DNA from: Hormiphora californensis
Lineage: Eukaryota; Animalia; Ctenophora
DNA length: 64,000 nucleotides
Direction: 5' to 3'
NCBI GenBank assembly: GCA_020137815.1
Contig: CM035356.1
Coordinates: 2,914,001-2,978,000, forward strand
Made by a program: the position numbers and the translations under genes. The notes under the pieces are model-generated. The model had not been told where the DNA came from. It saw nothing but the letters and a program-made list of their open reading frames with translations, and made no database searches. This document shows, piece by piece, positions 24,301 to 38,100 of this stretch; position 1 is the first letter of the stretch; each line of letters begins with the position of its first letter.

Positions 24301-27300
24301 AGTGGTAGTGCTAGTAGTGGTTGATGGGGTGGTAGTGCTAGTTGTGGTCGATGGAGTGGTAGTTGATTGAGTTGTGGTTGTAATGTCATTGTGACTGGTT
24401 GTTATTGGAGTGGTTGTGCTGGGTGTAGTGGTTGAAGAAGTAGTGGAGGGAGTTTCAGTGACTGGTGAAGTAGTGGTTGATGGAGTGGTTGTGCTAGTTG
24501 TGGTTGATGGAGTGGTAGTGCTAGTGGTGGTTGATGGAGTGGTAGTGCTAGTGGTGGTTGTGGTTGAAGAAGTAGTGGAGGGAGTTCTAGTGACTGGTGA
24601 AGTAGTGGAGGGAGTGGTTGTGCTAGTGGTAGTTGATTGAGTTGTGATTGTCGTTGATGGAGTGGTCGTGACTGGAACAGTAGTTGAGGTTGGACTTGTT
24701 GGTGTTGTCTTTTCCTCGGTTTCTTCGACACATATCTGTAGCTTTGGCCGATGTGTTGACTCTTTACTTTCCATTGACGAGAATTGGAGGGTAATTCCAG
24801 TCATACGTTTCTCCTTATCCATGAAGGATGCCAATAGAATTCCTTGTGATGACCTACCAAGTATCAAGGTTTGTATTAGAATCAGCCAACAAAATTATAC
24901 TTTTAAAGTTTCATTGTTGGTTCTCTTACCCTCATAATATTCGTACAATACCTGATGCACGACTCGTATTGTACCTGTCTCGCGGTGTGCCAGACCCCCT
25001 GTGTCTCAGATGGGGTCGCGGCGCCAGACAGTATTATACCTGTTGAGATTCTGCTGTGGAATTGTAAAAGTGTAATAACCGAGAAGTTCACCCTCACTAA
25101 TTTCCATCTCATCCAGAGGGTTGTCATAGTGCGTAGATGTCATATGTTTTGCCCAATTATCCTGAGAGAGGGAGAGATTACAATCGAGTTAGTTTCACTT
25201 TGATGCGGCTACGATCCTATGTGACCGCTCTCTTGGAGTCGGATAGATTATGATTATCAGATAATGAGAATTCTCGAGGGTGATTCATGTCGAGTGTAAC
25301 ATCATGTCTCTTGCTATCTGCAGGCTATACTTACATAAGCATGAGGGTTTTTAGCGTCCCATTCCGAAGGTATTGGATAAACCTGAAAGAAATCATTGTT
25401 TGGTCAATTAAGGGTTTGGTAGCTTAGTGGTATAGCTTCGAGCATGTATCTCTGAAGTTCCCTGGTTCAATTTTCGGTCAAACCCAGTACCCACCCATAC
25501 CTGCACTTGGCGACGGGTAATGAACGGTGTTTCGTTCCGATTCTTTCGTGCGCCAAAGTTCTCCAAAAACAAGACCAAAGCACCATCATCCACAATCTTT
25601 GGTTCGTTAAAATCCTGAAAAATTTATGGAATAGGGAACAGTGTCAAATACAGGAGAGAAAACATTTTCAGTAAACATGTTATCAAATGTGTGTTCACTG
25701 TGCATTGTGCAAAGTATGTACAATTACAAACCTTGAGAGCTGTGTCAAAGTCGAATTTGATGAAAGATCGAATTGCCTTCGTATGATTCTTTACTGCTGC
25801 AGATCCGGTGTTTCCGACCTCTAGATACCGTTCCATGTCATGCCTGTTATCAGGGTACCTCGCAATGGCATAGGTATCTTCCAAGACAGGAACACTAACC
25901 AACTCTCCAGTCTCACATGTTTTCTCGGGTTCAAGTAGCTCTAGAGATAATATATCAAGGTTGGGTTTATGGGTGTAAAAATTGGAGGATGGGATTCTGA
26001 AATCAGTCTGCCGGCTCTCAATCTGGATGAGAGCGACGTGAGATATGGACAGTCTGTGTAGCATGGCAACTGTTGTGTGATTTGTGCTAGTAGGCATATG
26101 TGATTTATGTCTCAAGTAACGTACCGTAGCACACTTGAACGCCCCCAAAGTGCTCTCCTTTAGCGATATCGTTTGGATGCTCCTGGTATTCCTCAGAATC
26201 CTTGCTGTAAAATGCCAGAGCCCTCTCAGAGCCACTACCGTCTGAAGTACAAGAGTTTCATACACTGCACTTTGAAGGTAGAGTTGGTATAACTTTGGTT
26301 ACGAAGTCACCCCTATTAGTAATAGCTGCTATTACGCTCGCGTTGAGGGGTAATTTCGTTACCAAGGTATAACTATAGTTTTTTACAGATCACATAATAT
26401 ACTTTCATATCTTGAATGTTGCACCTACCAAAGAAGTATCCCTTGCTGACACCGTGGCTAATAGCTGCCAGGTCTCCCTTAATGTTAACCCTCTGGTAAC
26501 GAGAATTATAATTTATCTTGTCGTAGAGAACAGTAAGAGATGTGTTGAAGGATGTGAGATCATCTGATGATATGGAATCCTCTCCCCAGGGGTTAGCATT
26601 GGTAACCGAAGATTCATCCCACTCCTGTGTGGATTTATGAAATTATAAATCGGACAACTCACTGGCTGTGGTTAGGCCGGAAGTAAGACTCCTTGGAGCG
26701 TTTGAGGCGATATGCTTTGCATCTAGTCCGAATCGCAGCACTAACAAACAAACAAACAATTCACTAGCTGAGTCGTTAAATTTGAAACTCCTCTAAAGTG
26801 ATTCATTAAATTGCATAATGATCTAGTCTCTAGATTGATTGTTCCCATACCTTTCCAATACCATGAACGTTGAATCTCTCAGCGGTTGTAACATCATGTG
26901 AACCGTCCAGAATTCGGAGAAACATAAAAAGATGGGCGATCTTTACCTTGGTGTCACTTTTCTTTAGCAGTGACTGCAACCTGGCAGAATAAGTCATCGG
27001 TCAAGGTCACCTATCACTTGACTCAACCCATTACAATGACGCCGACGACAGACGGATAGGACGGTACCGTTTGAGCCAGGCATCACGAAAGTGATTTGCA
27101 GTGCGAGGTACAGTAGAGTGTTGGGTTTTGAAATCATGTTTTTGGCATAGCAATGACTAGACGTATTTTTTCACGCTGATTCCGAATCTGTCATCAGATT
27201 TGATCTACGATAACGTCATCCCTTTCCGCGGTCCTTTTAAAGGAACTTCTATTGCGCTGCGTTTAGTGCTGACACTATATCACGTGCGCACAACTCGGGA

Positions 27301-30300
27301 TGTGTGAGAGCCCCGTTACAGTCAAGATTGATCGGGACATAGCCGACTATTATACCAATAGTTTGAGCTATATATAAAATTTCCGTTTCAATTGCCTTTT
27401 CCGGACTGTAAAAATGATCCAAGAGAGTGAAATGGGCAATTAAGCCCACACAATTTCCTGAAACTGAACCTGGGATCAAGATCTAATAAACCGGATGTCT
27501 TCCAGTTGGGCTATTACAAATCCGTTGGGTAAGTAGGATGTACCCAATCTTAATCACTTTGAGCCGGGGCTATATGTCTCAAACACGTGACATACCACGT
27601 GTTATGAGATCGGGATTTGTAGTTGCACTGTTTGCTCGAGAAGTTATTCACAGTTTGACAACCTCTATGACGTTTGGAACTTTTAACGATTTCATTGGGT
27701 GCGACAGGATTGACCCATTGCAGCCACATCTTGTAATAACCAAGCGGAACGCTCTTGCCCATTACCTTGCTGTTTTGACTGAGGATCAGCTCGCCTCAGG
27801 AAATAATCGAGTGCCAACTGCCAATGCTCTTACCCAGACTGCACATGTTGTTTTGGAGCTTTTTTCAAACAACGGTGCAACTACCGTGACAGAGAAATCC
27901 ATTAAAAAGTAAGGGGGAACATGGTGTCTGATCGAAATCCGAGCGCTACCAGTAAACCGGAGTGACAGGAAATTCCATAAACCTAAACTGAATTTTAAGG
28001 CAGAATCACTTTTTGACCTTACTATCCTCAAGAAGGTATGTGACAACATTAACATTAATATATGTTTAGTAAAAACTAATTAAAATCAGCTGACAGGAAA
28101 GCGACACGTTTCATATACTTGAACTTCGTCACATAAATAATACGACTAACGTCTGTTTTCTCTAGGACCGTGCTGAGTTCTCTGGCCAGTGGACGTTTTT
28201 ATCTGACACGGGAAAGGTCTGCCTGGTTCATGAGCCCCCAATTGTCCGAGGAGAGGATTTGGAACAGTACATCACAAATCCTCTGGTTACTACAGTTCCG
28301 TGCCACACACAACATGTGGAACGGAACGTGGCCCTCACCTCAATGTGTGTTGGTCGAGTAACCGGGCACATGAACCAGGTAGGTATGGCCCTGTCCGTTA
28401 AGAGGCAACGTGAGGAGCATCCGGGAAAAATTCGAGCGAGAAAACTTCAATGTCAAATGGAGCAACTTGCATCTCAGGGACTTTGAATTTTGATTGATTG
28501 GTTGAATGTTACTCGGTTGTTTTATGGGACAATTAACATTATTTTAAAAGCCTTATTTTGCCAAATATTATTTACCCTGAATCAGGTGAAATTAACTTTA
28601 ATGTTTCAATCTAGCTTCTGTGAAGTGTGAAGTTTAACTATGAGCTGCTAGTTTAAATTTCCATTTGATTGTTTCAAAAAATAAAGAAATTGATTTTAGT
28701 ATAATATCAGCTGCAGCACTCACCGGTACTCTGTACTACCAAGCTTAAAAGTTTCCCCATCTCGAGTTATGTGCTTGCGTGTAAGATCGAGAGCGCAGCT
28801 AATTAGCGAGAGATCACGTGATATAGTGCCAGCACTAAAACGCAGCGCAATAGAAGTTCCTTTAAAAGGACCGCGGAAAGGGATGACGTTATCGTAGATC
28901 AAATCTGATGACAGATTCGGAATCAGCGTGAAAAAATACGTCTAGTCATTGCTATGCCAAAAAAATGATTTCAAAACCCAACACTCTAAGGTACAGTAAA
29001 ACCAACCAACCAACAATTTCCCTGTGTACGGGATACAACTGAAAGTGGGAATATCCGTACCTCGAACTACCAGTGCAGCACAAGAGGCAGCTTGGTAACG
29101 AAATTACCCCTACCTTGCCTTACTACAAATCAGATTCCTCCTATGAGGGGTTATTTCGTTACCAACAAGAGGTGCCCAAAACTTGAGTCGCTTGACACTG
29201 TGTCAGAAAGTATGAACAATTGAACCCAAAACTAACCAGGTGTAATCATAGTCTACAACAAAGGAGTTGTGTGGTGATCCCCCGAGGGCCAGCTCAGGAT
29301 CATAGTTTCCAACCGGGGAGGGTTTTAATGTTGCATCTTTTTTGATCGGCAGCCAGTGCTCCATATAACCTGGTGAGGGGGTCGTTAACACACCGCTTTT
29401 AGTGTGAATCTGGTACCCCAATTAAGGGAATGAAAGGGACTAGGAAATTCCTAGTGGGAAGTCCTTGATATAGATACTCCCCTTTATCTGCATCTTACCG
29501 GGCGGGCACTTGATGTCTCCATTGATGGTGTTTGAACTAGTGGTTGACATCATCGTTGTAGTTGGAGATGGTGTGGTTGTGCTAGTACTGGGTGTCTGGG
29601 TGACTGGTGACGTTGTGCTGGGAGTCTGGGTGACTGGCGAAGTTGTACTGGGGATCTGGGTGACTGGCGAAGTTGTACTGGAGGTAGTTGATGGAGTGGT
29701 TGTACTGGGGGTTGATGGAGTGGTTGTACTGGGGGTAGTTGATGGAGTGGTAGTGCTAGTGGTAGTTGATGGAGTGGTTGTACTGGGGGTGGTTGATGGA
29801 GTGGTTGTGCTTGGGGTAGTTGATGGAGTGGTTGTGCTTGGTTTGGTAGTTGAGGGCGTCCGTGTGACTGTAGTGGTAGGTGTACGGGTTGAGGGTGTTG
29901 TGCTTTGAGAACAGTACATGGCGCTTAGTTTAGAGGTATCCTTTGAGATCTTCAGGAGGTGACCGTTAACCTTTTCATTCACCGCTGCCAGCATAAGGCC
30001 ATGCTGCATCTTGGATACTCTCTCTGAGAATAGTTGGACATTAGTTTTGATGTAGATGGGTTGTTATGATCGGCACACGGTTCAGTACCAGTATGATATA
30101 ATATGGGCACGTGCATTGTCTTGCGTGTCATTTGATAGTTTAGATTCTAATTACCTGTTTTGATGTCTAGTTTCTTGACAATTCGGCCGTCTACCGCTGA
30201 GTAACTGAAGCTTCCCTCAACGTTTGGATACCTGAGATAGAATTTGAGATAATGGAATAAAACAAGAGACAAGAATCTAGATATTCAGCTTATTGCAGCA

Positions 30301-31764
30301 TGACGGAACGACGTGTTTTTAGCATGTCCAACACTACCTGTCAGTTTTAAGATCATCTCCCATCCACTTATCCCAAGGATAGTTCTCATTGACATTGCTG
30401 GCGTCCCATTCTCTCCGTACTATGTATGCGGACACCTTCCGGGGCACAATCTCCTCGTCTCGGGCTATAGCGATCTCTGAACGGACTGTGCCGACCACGG
30501 GTATCTAGACGGGTGGGAGTTGATTAGGAGGGATTTAGAGGGGTGGATGGAAGGGTAAAATGAGCTTAGCTGTTACCGCTGCAGATCAGTTACAACTTTC
30601 AAACAGTTACAAACCTGAAGACAGATGTGGTTTATCTGTTCTCCCTCTGGTAGATCCAGTAAGATAAGGGACCTGTAGGGGCCATTGAGACCCTCAGTTC
30701 GGCCCAGGTACAAGAACGGCTCCTGGCTATGATCCGCCACGTCGTTAGTATAGTAGGTGGAGTTGATGATAGGGATGCTGGTTATTTGTTGAGCTAGGGG
30801 GAGAGAGAGAGAGAGATTTAGTATTCTTAAAATCCTCCCTTATATAAAGTTCAGTTTTCAAACAATAAAACATACTTCACTCATACCTGGATCAGGGCAT
30901 TCGCACTTGTCAATAATGTTGAGTGGAGTGGTAGTCGGGGACGTCGTAGTGCTCTGCCATGTCGTAGATGTTTGAGTCGTCGGAGAAGTGGTTGAGGAGG
31001 GAGTTGAGGGAGTTGTGGTTGATGGAGTTGTGGTTGTAATGTCATTGCGACTGGTTGTTACTGGAGTGGTTGTGCTGGGTGTAGTGGTTGAAGAAGTAGT
31101 GGAGGGAGTGTTAGTGACTGGTGAAGTAGTGGTTGTGCTAGTGGTTGCGGTAGTAGTAACAGGCGTTGTTGTAGTAACTACAATAGGAGTAGTTGTACTT
31201 TTAATTGCTGAAAAAAAGAAGTCAAATCGTTATTTAACAAGTTATTACATTTCTTAATTACTCGATTAATTACTCGATTAATTATTTATAGTATGCTACT
31301 CACTCGTGGGCGTCGTACTAGGTGTAGTTGTGACAGGTGTTGTTGTTGTTGTAGACATCTTTGTCGTGCTTGTCGTCCAGGGGGTAGTGGCTAAAAACGA
31401 AAATTTGTATCTCAAATTTTGCATCCGTTACTTTGGTAACCAACGTGGTTACATGGTGTAACTCTGGTGATAATTCACCATATCATCGAGTCATGATCAC
31501 TTACTTGTTTTCTCACAGCTCTCCTCACATTTTCCATTGTTCAGGAAAAGCTCATCGGGGCAGCGACACTGCTCTACACACCTGTCACTGGGCAACATAC
31601 AGGTGGAGTTGGAACAGTCGTTCTCTGGACAAACCGGACCACAGGGATCGTAGACAAAGGGTGGCTTACAGCACAGATCTAGGGGTAACATGTTTACAAT
31701 ACTGTCTGTCTGTCTGTCTGTCTGGCTGGCTGTCTGTCTGTATATCTGTCTGTCTGTCTGTATC

Positions 31765-31833
<69 letters not shown>

Positions 31834-31834
31834 A

Positions 31835-31901
<67 letters not shown>

Positions 31902-31902
31902 A

Positions 31903-31945
<43 letters not shown>

Positions 31946-31952
31946 TTGTATA

Positions 31953-31993
<41 letters not shown>

Positions 31994-32004
31994 ATGTCTG
32001 TCTT

Positions 32005-32041
<37 letters not shown>

Positions 32042-32114
32042 TTGTATATCTGTCTGTCTGTATATTTGTCTGTATATCTGCCTGTCTGTCTGTCTGTCTG
32101 TCTGTATATCTGCC

Positions 32115-32149
<35 letters not shown>

Positions 32150-35100
32150 ATATCTGCCTGTCTGTCTGTCTGTCTGTCTGTCATACCGCACTCTCGGGTG
32201 GTGTGTCTCCAATCAATGTGAACATTGTGATCACTACACTCCCTCGCATACGTTGCTATCGCCTGAAAATAGAGGATGCCGTGAAACACTGTATTTGCCT
32301 TGTTCGACCGGCCTGTCTCACCGCACCGTGCACCTTTTACAAATGTGAAGGTGGGTTAGAACAAAACTGTATAGATGAGAATGATTTGAAACAGAAAACG
32401 TACATCACAGAGACAGGTACAGTCCCCACCGAGGTCACATCCGCACACATCATAAACACAGTTCTCGTAGTATTTCTCCACATCAACCACGTCATGACAC
32501 TCCTGCAATGAGATCATGATTGAGAAAAGGAATTAGCGATTCAAATAACACATGTTTCTGCAATTCCATATTAGCACAATTCCTACTTCCTTATAAGGAC
32601 ATTTCATATTTCCTTATAAGGACTTTACCGTGAAGAGAGGCCCCTTGATGATATCACACTGTGTTTCAGCGAATGGTGTCCTCAGGGGGTGCACCTCACA
32701 GGGATGCGAGATATCTGAGGTGACGTCAGGACACTGTTCCGACATCTTCCAGCTGAGAGAGGGAGTTACTTGTTACCCTGGTTACCACGTGGGAGTTACT
32801 TACTACCCTGGTTACCACGAGGGAGTTACTGGTTACCTTGGTTACCACGTGAGAGTTACTTGTTACCCTGGTTACCACGTGGGAGTTACTTGTTACCCTG
32901 GTTACCACGAGGGAGTTACTTGTTACCCTGGTTACCACGTGAGAGTTACTTGTTACCCTGGTTACCATGTGGGAGTTACTTGTTACCGTGGTTACCATGT
33001 GAACGCTGAGCTCCAGGTGTCTCGAGATACATTTGACATTTCTATGGTTCCTGACACCTGCCCGCCAAGTGCATTTTGTGTACCTAAGTAAAACTGTCGT
33101 TTTCCTAACAGTGTGTAGTACCTTTGCAGACACAGCTACTATGGAAACCATGCAATCTGTCCAGTGGTGGTGGTGGTACAACCTGTCCAGTATTACTATA
33201 TTACCTGTTCCCGATGACAGAGTGGGACGCGGTGACCTCTCCCTGTGATGTCACCATGTCATCTTGGGGGTTAGCGTTAAAGTTCCCGCACATACCCTCC
33301 AACTGTCCCCTCCACTGAGGATCAGCTGTCACGTACACCCGTGTTAATCCATCCCATGATACCTGGAGGAGAGCATCGGAGTTGTAGTGAATATGTTTGG
33401 TATGAATCTGCTGCAAAAGTGAGACATTGACATGGCGAGATAGTGCTGATATGTTAGTGGCTGTCTCAACATATAGAACGGAACGTTTAGTGGGAAACAA
33501 CTTACGTCAAGTCCAAAGTTGGTCATAACAAACAACTGGAATCCGACCATAGCAACGGTGTAGTCTGACTCCCTGACCGGCAACACACGCTCTTCCCCGT
33601 TAATCTCAACTGATATTGAACAAGATTATTGAGCTAAGGTCAGAGGGGGGGGGAGTAAAAGTTAACCTCAAGTCCTCAAAAACCAGAGGGTTCTCATACA
33701 CTGGAGGCGCAGTTACCCAACCCAAAACTTCCCTATATCAAATAAGGTTCAAATTTGTCTGAAATCCTGATAACACAGCGATAAGTGTTGACACAATTAC
33801 CTGTGGGAGTGTTGGTAGACCGAGCAATAATCTCATCTCCCCCAACTGTAACATAAACGGCTTTGGTACAGGTCACACCAGTAGTACCACACGGCAAGGA
33901 CTCGACCTCAACCTTAGGATATACGATTTGGGTGTCAGTATGGGTGACGAGATGACGTGATGTTTTAATATAGAGTAGTACAGTTTTAAAAGCTGGGCTG
34001 AACACCAGCCGTCCCAATATAGGGGTCGAATATATTAGGCACGTTCCCTTATGTATTGCTGTCGTGCACACTTTCGGAGGGCCAAGCTGTTAAGTAAGCT
34101 ATTAATTGGTGATACTTACGTTGAAGGTTTGGTTGCCGGTTAGGCGGGCTGCCAGGTACCGACAAGACCCCTGGAAGTCAATGAACATGCCATCAAAAGT
34201 GCGGTAGTGTGGGTCTCCTAGGAAGGAATTGGAATGGAATTATGATTTGGAAATGATATAAACAAACTTTTACTCAAACTTTTACTCAAACAAACTTTTA
34301 CTCAAACAACAAAATTAAAAAATATACCACATCCCGTGATAAATACAGGATTTACTTAATTAGATTAATTAATTAAACTATAACAAGAACTCTTAATTAC
34401 CAGATACGAAGCAGGAAGCAGGACAGTCGTCCTTGTCGCAGGTCCAATCAACTCCATCACAGGTACACGATTTACACTGTTGAGTGATGACACTTCCAAT
34501 TGGGTAGTACTGGCCACCATGGTAACACTGCCTCTCCTCAGTCGCCGCTCCAAGCAGATCTGCAGGGGGAGGGGAGTATTATAGTAGGATCACAAGCAGA
34601 TACAGATTATAGGGGAGTTTAGATCACGAACACTATTTCGCCGGATATCAGGGGACCGATTTGTAACTGGTGCGTTATTATAGAAAGATCACTATTTTAC
34701 CAGAGTAAAATATATAACGGTTACTTACTGCATTCCGAGCTGGAACATTCAAAGCGGCCTTCATTACACGTACTGAGAAGAGATTATAGTTATTGAAACT
34801 ATAATGGTAACGGACGGTAACTGTGAAGGAGATATTATCATGGTAACCATGGTAACTACTAACTATATGGTAACGTACCACGTGGTGCATCCCTTGGTTA
34901 CAGAATCTCCCTGGGTGTAGTGTGTCCCATCCAACATACAGCTACACTCACTCCTCTCAACACAACTACCATCATCACCACGAACCAGACCTGATACGTG
35001 GTAGAGAAGAATGGAGTAAATAGCTGTGAGTAGTAGTTCTGGAAGGGTCAATTAGAGAGGGGGATCTGATATTGTCACTGCACAACCCTCTAGAACATGA

Positions 35101-38100
35101 CACAGCACACGATCAGATGCGGAACCAATTAAAACTTTGTTAGTAGTTACCATCTGGACAGTTGCATCCCTGAACGCGAAGGTTTCCATCACAGATTGGC
35201 ACAACTCCAGCTCTCAAGTCGGAACAGGTAGTTTGACAGGGTGATCCTGACTCTTGAAACACCTCACCCTTCACCGGGCATTCGATCTCTGCATTGGGGA
35301 TACTATGATGAGCTATTGGGAGACACCAACTAACAGATGGCTCAGATTATCGAAGTTTGTAGACAAAAACCACACCATTTACAAACAAACGGGCAACAAA
35401 CAAACGGGTAACAAAGATAAAAAGAGGATCCCCAGCTCTTGACTAAAAACACCTTACCACACTTTGCATCGCCTCTCCAGTTGGTGGTCTGGGCTCCATT
35501 CTCAGTACACCTCCTGGCATAACTCTCCACGGCCTCACACCGACACCCTGCATGGGATCCTGGGCAGGCACACATGTCCTGAAACAAGGGGGTCGGTTTG
35601 GTACCATTGCAACCTATTCTCACTCGTGTGTGAGATCGATCTCAGTCACGTGTTACGTTGAAGTTTTAGGTGTGAAATTTTGAGGGTTGAAATTTCATTA
35701 CCAATCGCCAAATGAACTATGAACGTTTGTAGACTGGCGCGTTATCAAGTTGGCTGTTCCCAGCGCGAGCTGGGGATAGCCAACTGGAGTTTAATCGCCC
35801 GGCAGGGCGATTAAACTGGTTTAAATCCCGACGCCGATCCCGAGGCGCCAGCCGAGGGTGAGGGGGAGGTGATTTAAACCTATAACGCGATAGGCTAACA
35901 AACGTTCATAGTTTATGAAACCCGATAGTAATTACACACAAATAAGAGACACAACACAAGGGGTAACACACAAGGACTACTGGCAAATAGTCAACAGACA
36001 CTCTCAAAATGTGTGTAGACTTAGTGTCTACTGTTCCTAACATGTTTGAGAAAGAGAGAGAAAGATTAGGGGCAAAACACACAGTGAGAGATATTGAACA
36101 GTAAAAGAGAGAATGAGAGAGAGAAACGAATGGAATGCGACTATTTTGCCTCTTGATGAGAGAGATAACATTGAAAAGTGTTGCAGATGTGTTCCCCTCT
36201 CTGTTATTGACAGAACTGTGTGTTTACACACATTTTCATTACTTGGAAATTTACACGCATGTTATGGAAATGAAGAGAAACGCGTGAAAATGGGCACTGG
36301 TCTGATAAAGAGCGAGCAGGGTGTTAAATCCCCCATCTCGCAGTTAACGTGTGCGCGTAAAATGTTCAAACGACTGATAAATCAACTATCGGGTTTCATA
36401 AAAGTATGAACAGTTCAACTGACTGGACAGTGGTCAACAACTAATATATGTACGTGTTATTCCCATATTGTTAGGGGATACATTGTGTCTATACCTGCAG
36501 GCATCTCTCGTAGAAAGGCTCTGGATCAACAACATGGTGACAGGTAGTGAATGAATCACTCCTAATCACCGCACAACTAGCGTGGGCCCAATTAGCGCTC
36601 TCCTTCTGACCATCACAGGGTTGCTCCGAGGGGTTGAAGGTACGGCAGGTGGTCGGTTCGGTACACCAACTATTGGTAAACTCGGCCAGGGTTGTGGGCA
36701 GGGAACTGGTGGGTAGAATATTCTTTAGAAACAAACCAGGCTCTACAATATAATCAGGATCCGTATGTATATCGTAAGTGAGATGAAGTCAATGCCTATG
36801 TTCTTGTCAGCGAGAATTATCTTGCTGACCCTTCCTTGCACACTTCGCTCAGTGAGTGGAAGGGGCAGAGTGGTCACTGACTCCCCCACTAGGCTCAGAC
36901 AATATAACGCTTACATTTCTAATATGAACATATCGATCCCCAGCTACTAGCTATTACCTGACTTGCTATTCTGCTATTACCTGAATCTTGAAACGAAGTC
37001 ATCGCTCGATCGACCATTGAAACTACCACACAGACCACACACCTGTCCTTGTAACTCATCGGGGACTGTAATCTGGTGGAGAAATTATGAAGGACTTAAT
37101 ATTATGTAGGTGAACAAACTGTACTACTGTACTAGTGTGCAGTTTTAGTTGGGACCGCATGCAGTTTCGTTGGGCAACACCATATATAATATGGACAATT
37201 GAGACTCGTTGGATATCGGGATCAATAAATTCAGTCGAATTATCATGAGACTCATATCAAGCTGGAAACCAAACATTTTTAATCAAATTATTATTACCAT
37301 CAATTGGTGAGAGCCATCCCATCGAATTTTAATGTTGTTAAAGAGAGTGAGAGTAAGGAAGAGAGAAGATGCTCTCTCGGCCTTGAGGAACCTGTTGTCC
37401 CAAGGGACAACGTGCTCGTCACCATTGGTTACCACCTATGGGATGGAGATATTGGTTACCATTGGTTACCACCTATAAGATGGAGATATTGGTTACCATT
37501 GGTTACCACCTATGAGAAGGAGATATTGGTTACCATGGTTATCATATGCCATATAATTAGTTGGATAATCTACACGGTGTTTCATGTTTGAACAAAATGC
37601 ACTGTATAATTCTAATTTCTAACTTGGGGTTCACAGCTGTACCTGTGTAATCCCAATTACAGAAAACCTCTGACCGGCCACAGTGATACTCAATTCCCTG
37701 CTCTTTCCATCGACTAATGGGAGATATTATAGGTGTTGAGGTTTGGTTTGAGGGGAAGGGGCAATTATCTAAACATTTCAGAAATTCTAATAATATTGTA
37801 GTATACTGGGTGCTGCAACAAAACTAGGAGCTGTATCCCCGTACCATTATTTCCATGGTGACGAAAGGGGGTCTACCATTCTGGGAGCTGCAATCTTTCT
37901 ACACGGGTACCTATTTGTCTGCGAGTGGTGACACTGAATCCTTGTCCCATGTTAGCATCAACAGGACTACCATGCTCACAGTTAGCAATCATCACATACT
38001 CCTCGTCTCCATAGAAACTGAATTCTGTGTGGTCCAGGGTTGTGTAGTGACCAAACCCGGAAACAGCGCACTCCGAACCGCATCCGGGGCTCTTTGAACA

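Larger units (their letters stand above)
26125..29369 (-). other. DNRLRE/CBM96-like domain 2 of the mucin (one intron carries a hAT element)
   Basis: [32 protein letters not shown] / [17 protein letters not shown] / [18 protein letters not shown] / [13 protein letters not shown]. Confidence 0.6.

Noticed and set aside
9305-24640. Very long Val/Asp/Gly-rich ORFs on + (520 aa and 4321 aa)
   Set aside because: Antisense shadow of the Thr/Ser/Pro repeat. The - strand frame connects by splice sites to real domains; the + frame has no such context.
24952-25039. Candidate mucin exon (..[13 protein letters not shown]..)
   Set aside because: The sequence matches a small dispersed repeat also at ~57580 and ~58720. 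The upstream exon (25040-25161) already splices in frame to the giant exon.
31433-32511. ORFs such as (CLSV)n and (TDRQ)n, also at 4835-5102
   Set aside because: Translations of (GACA)n microsatellites inside introns.
32630-33181. ORFs with [10 protein letters not shown] or [10 protein letters not shown] repeats
   Set aside because: Products of a 30-bp intronic minisatellite. The flanking mucin exons join in frame (GNS-WKM) without it.
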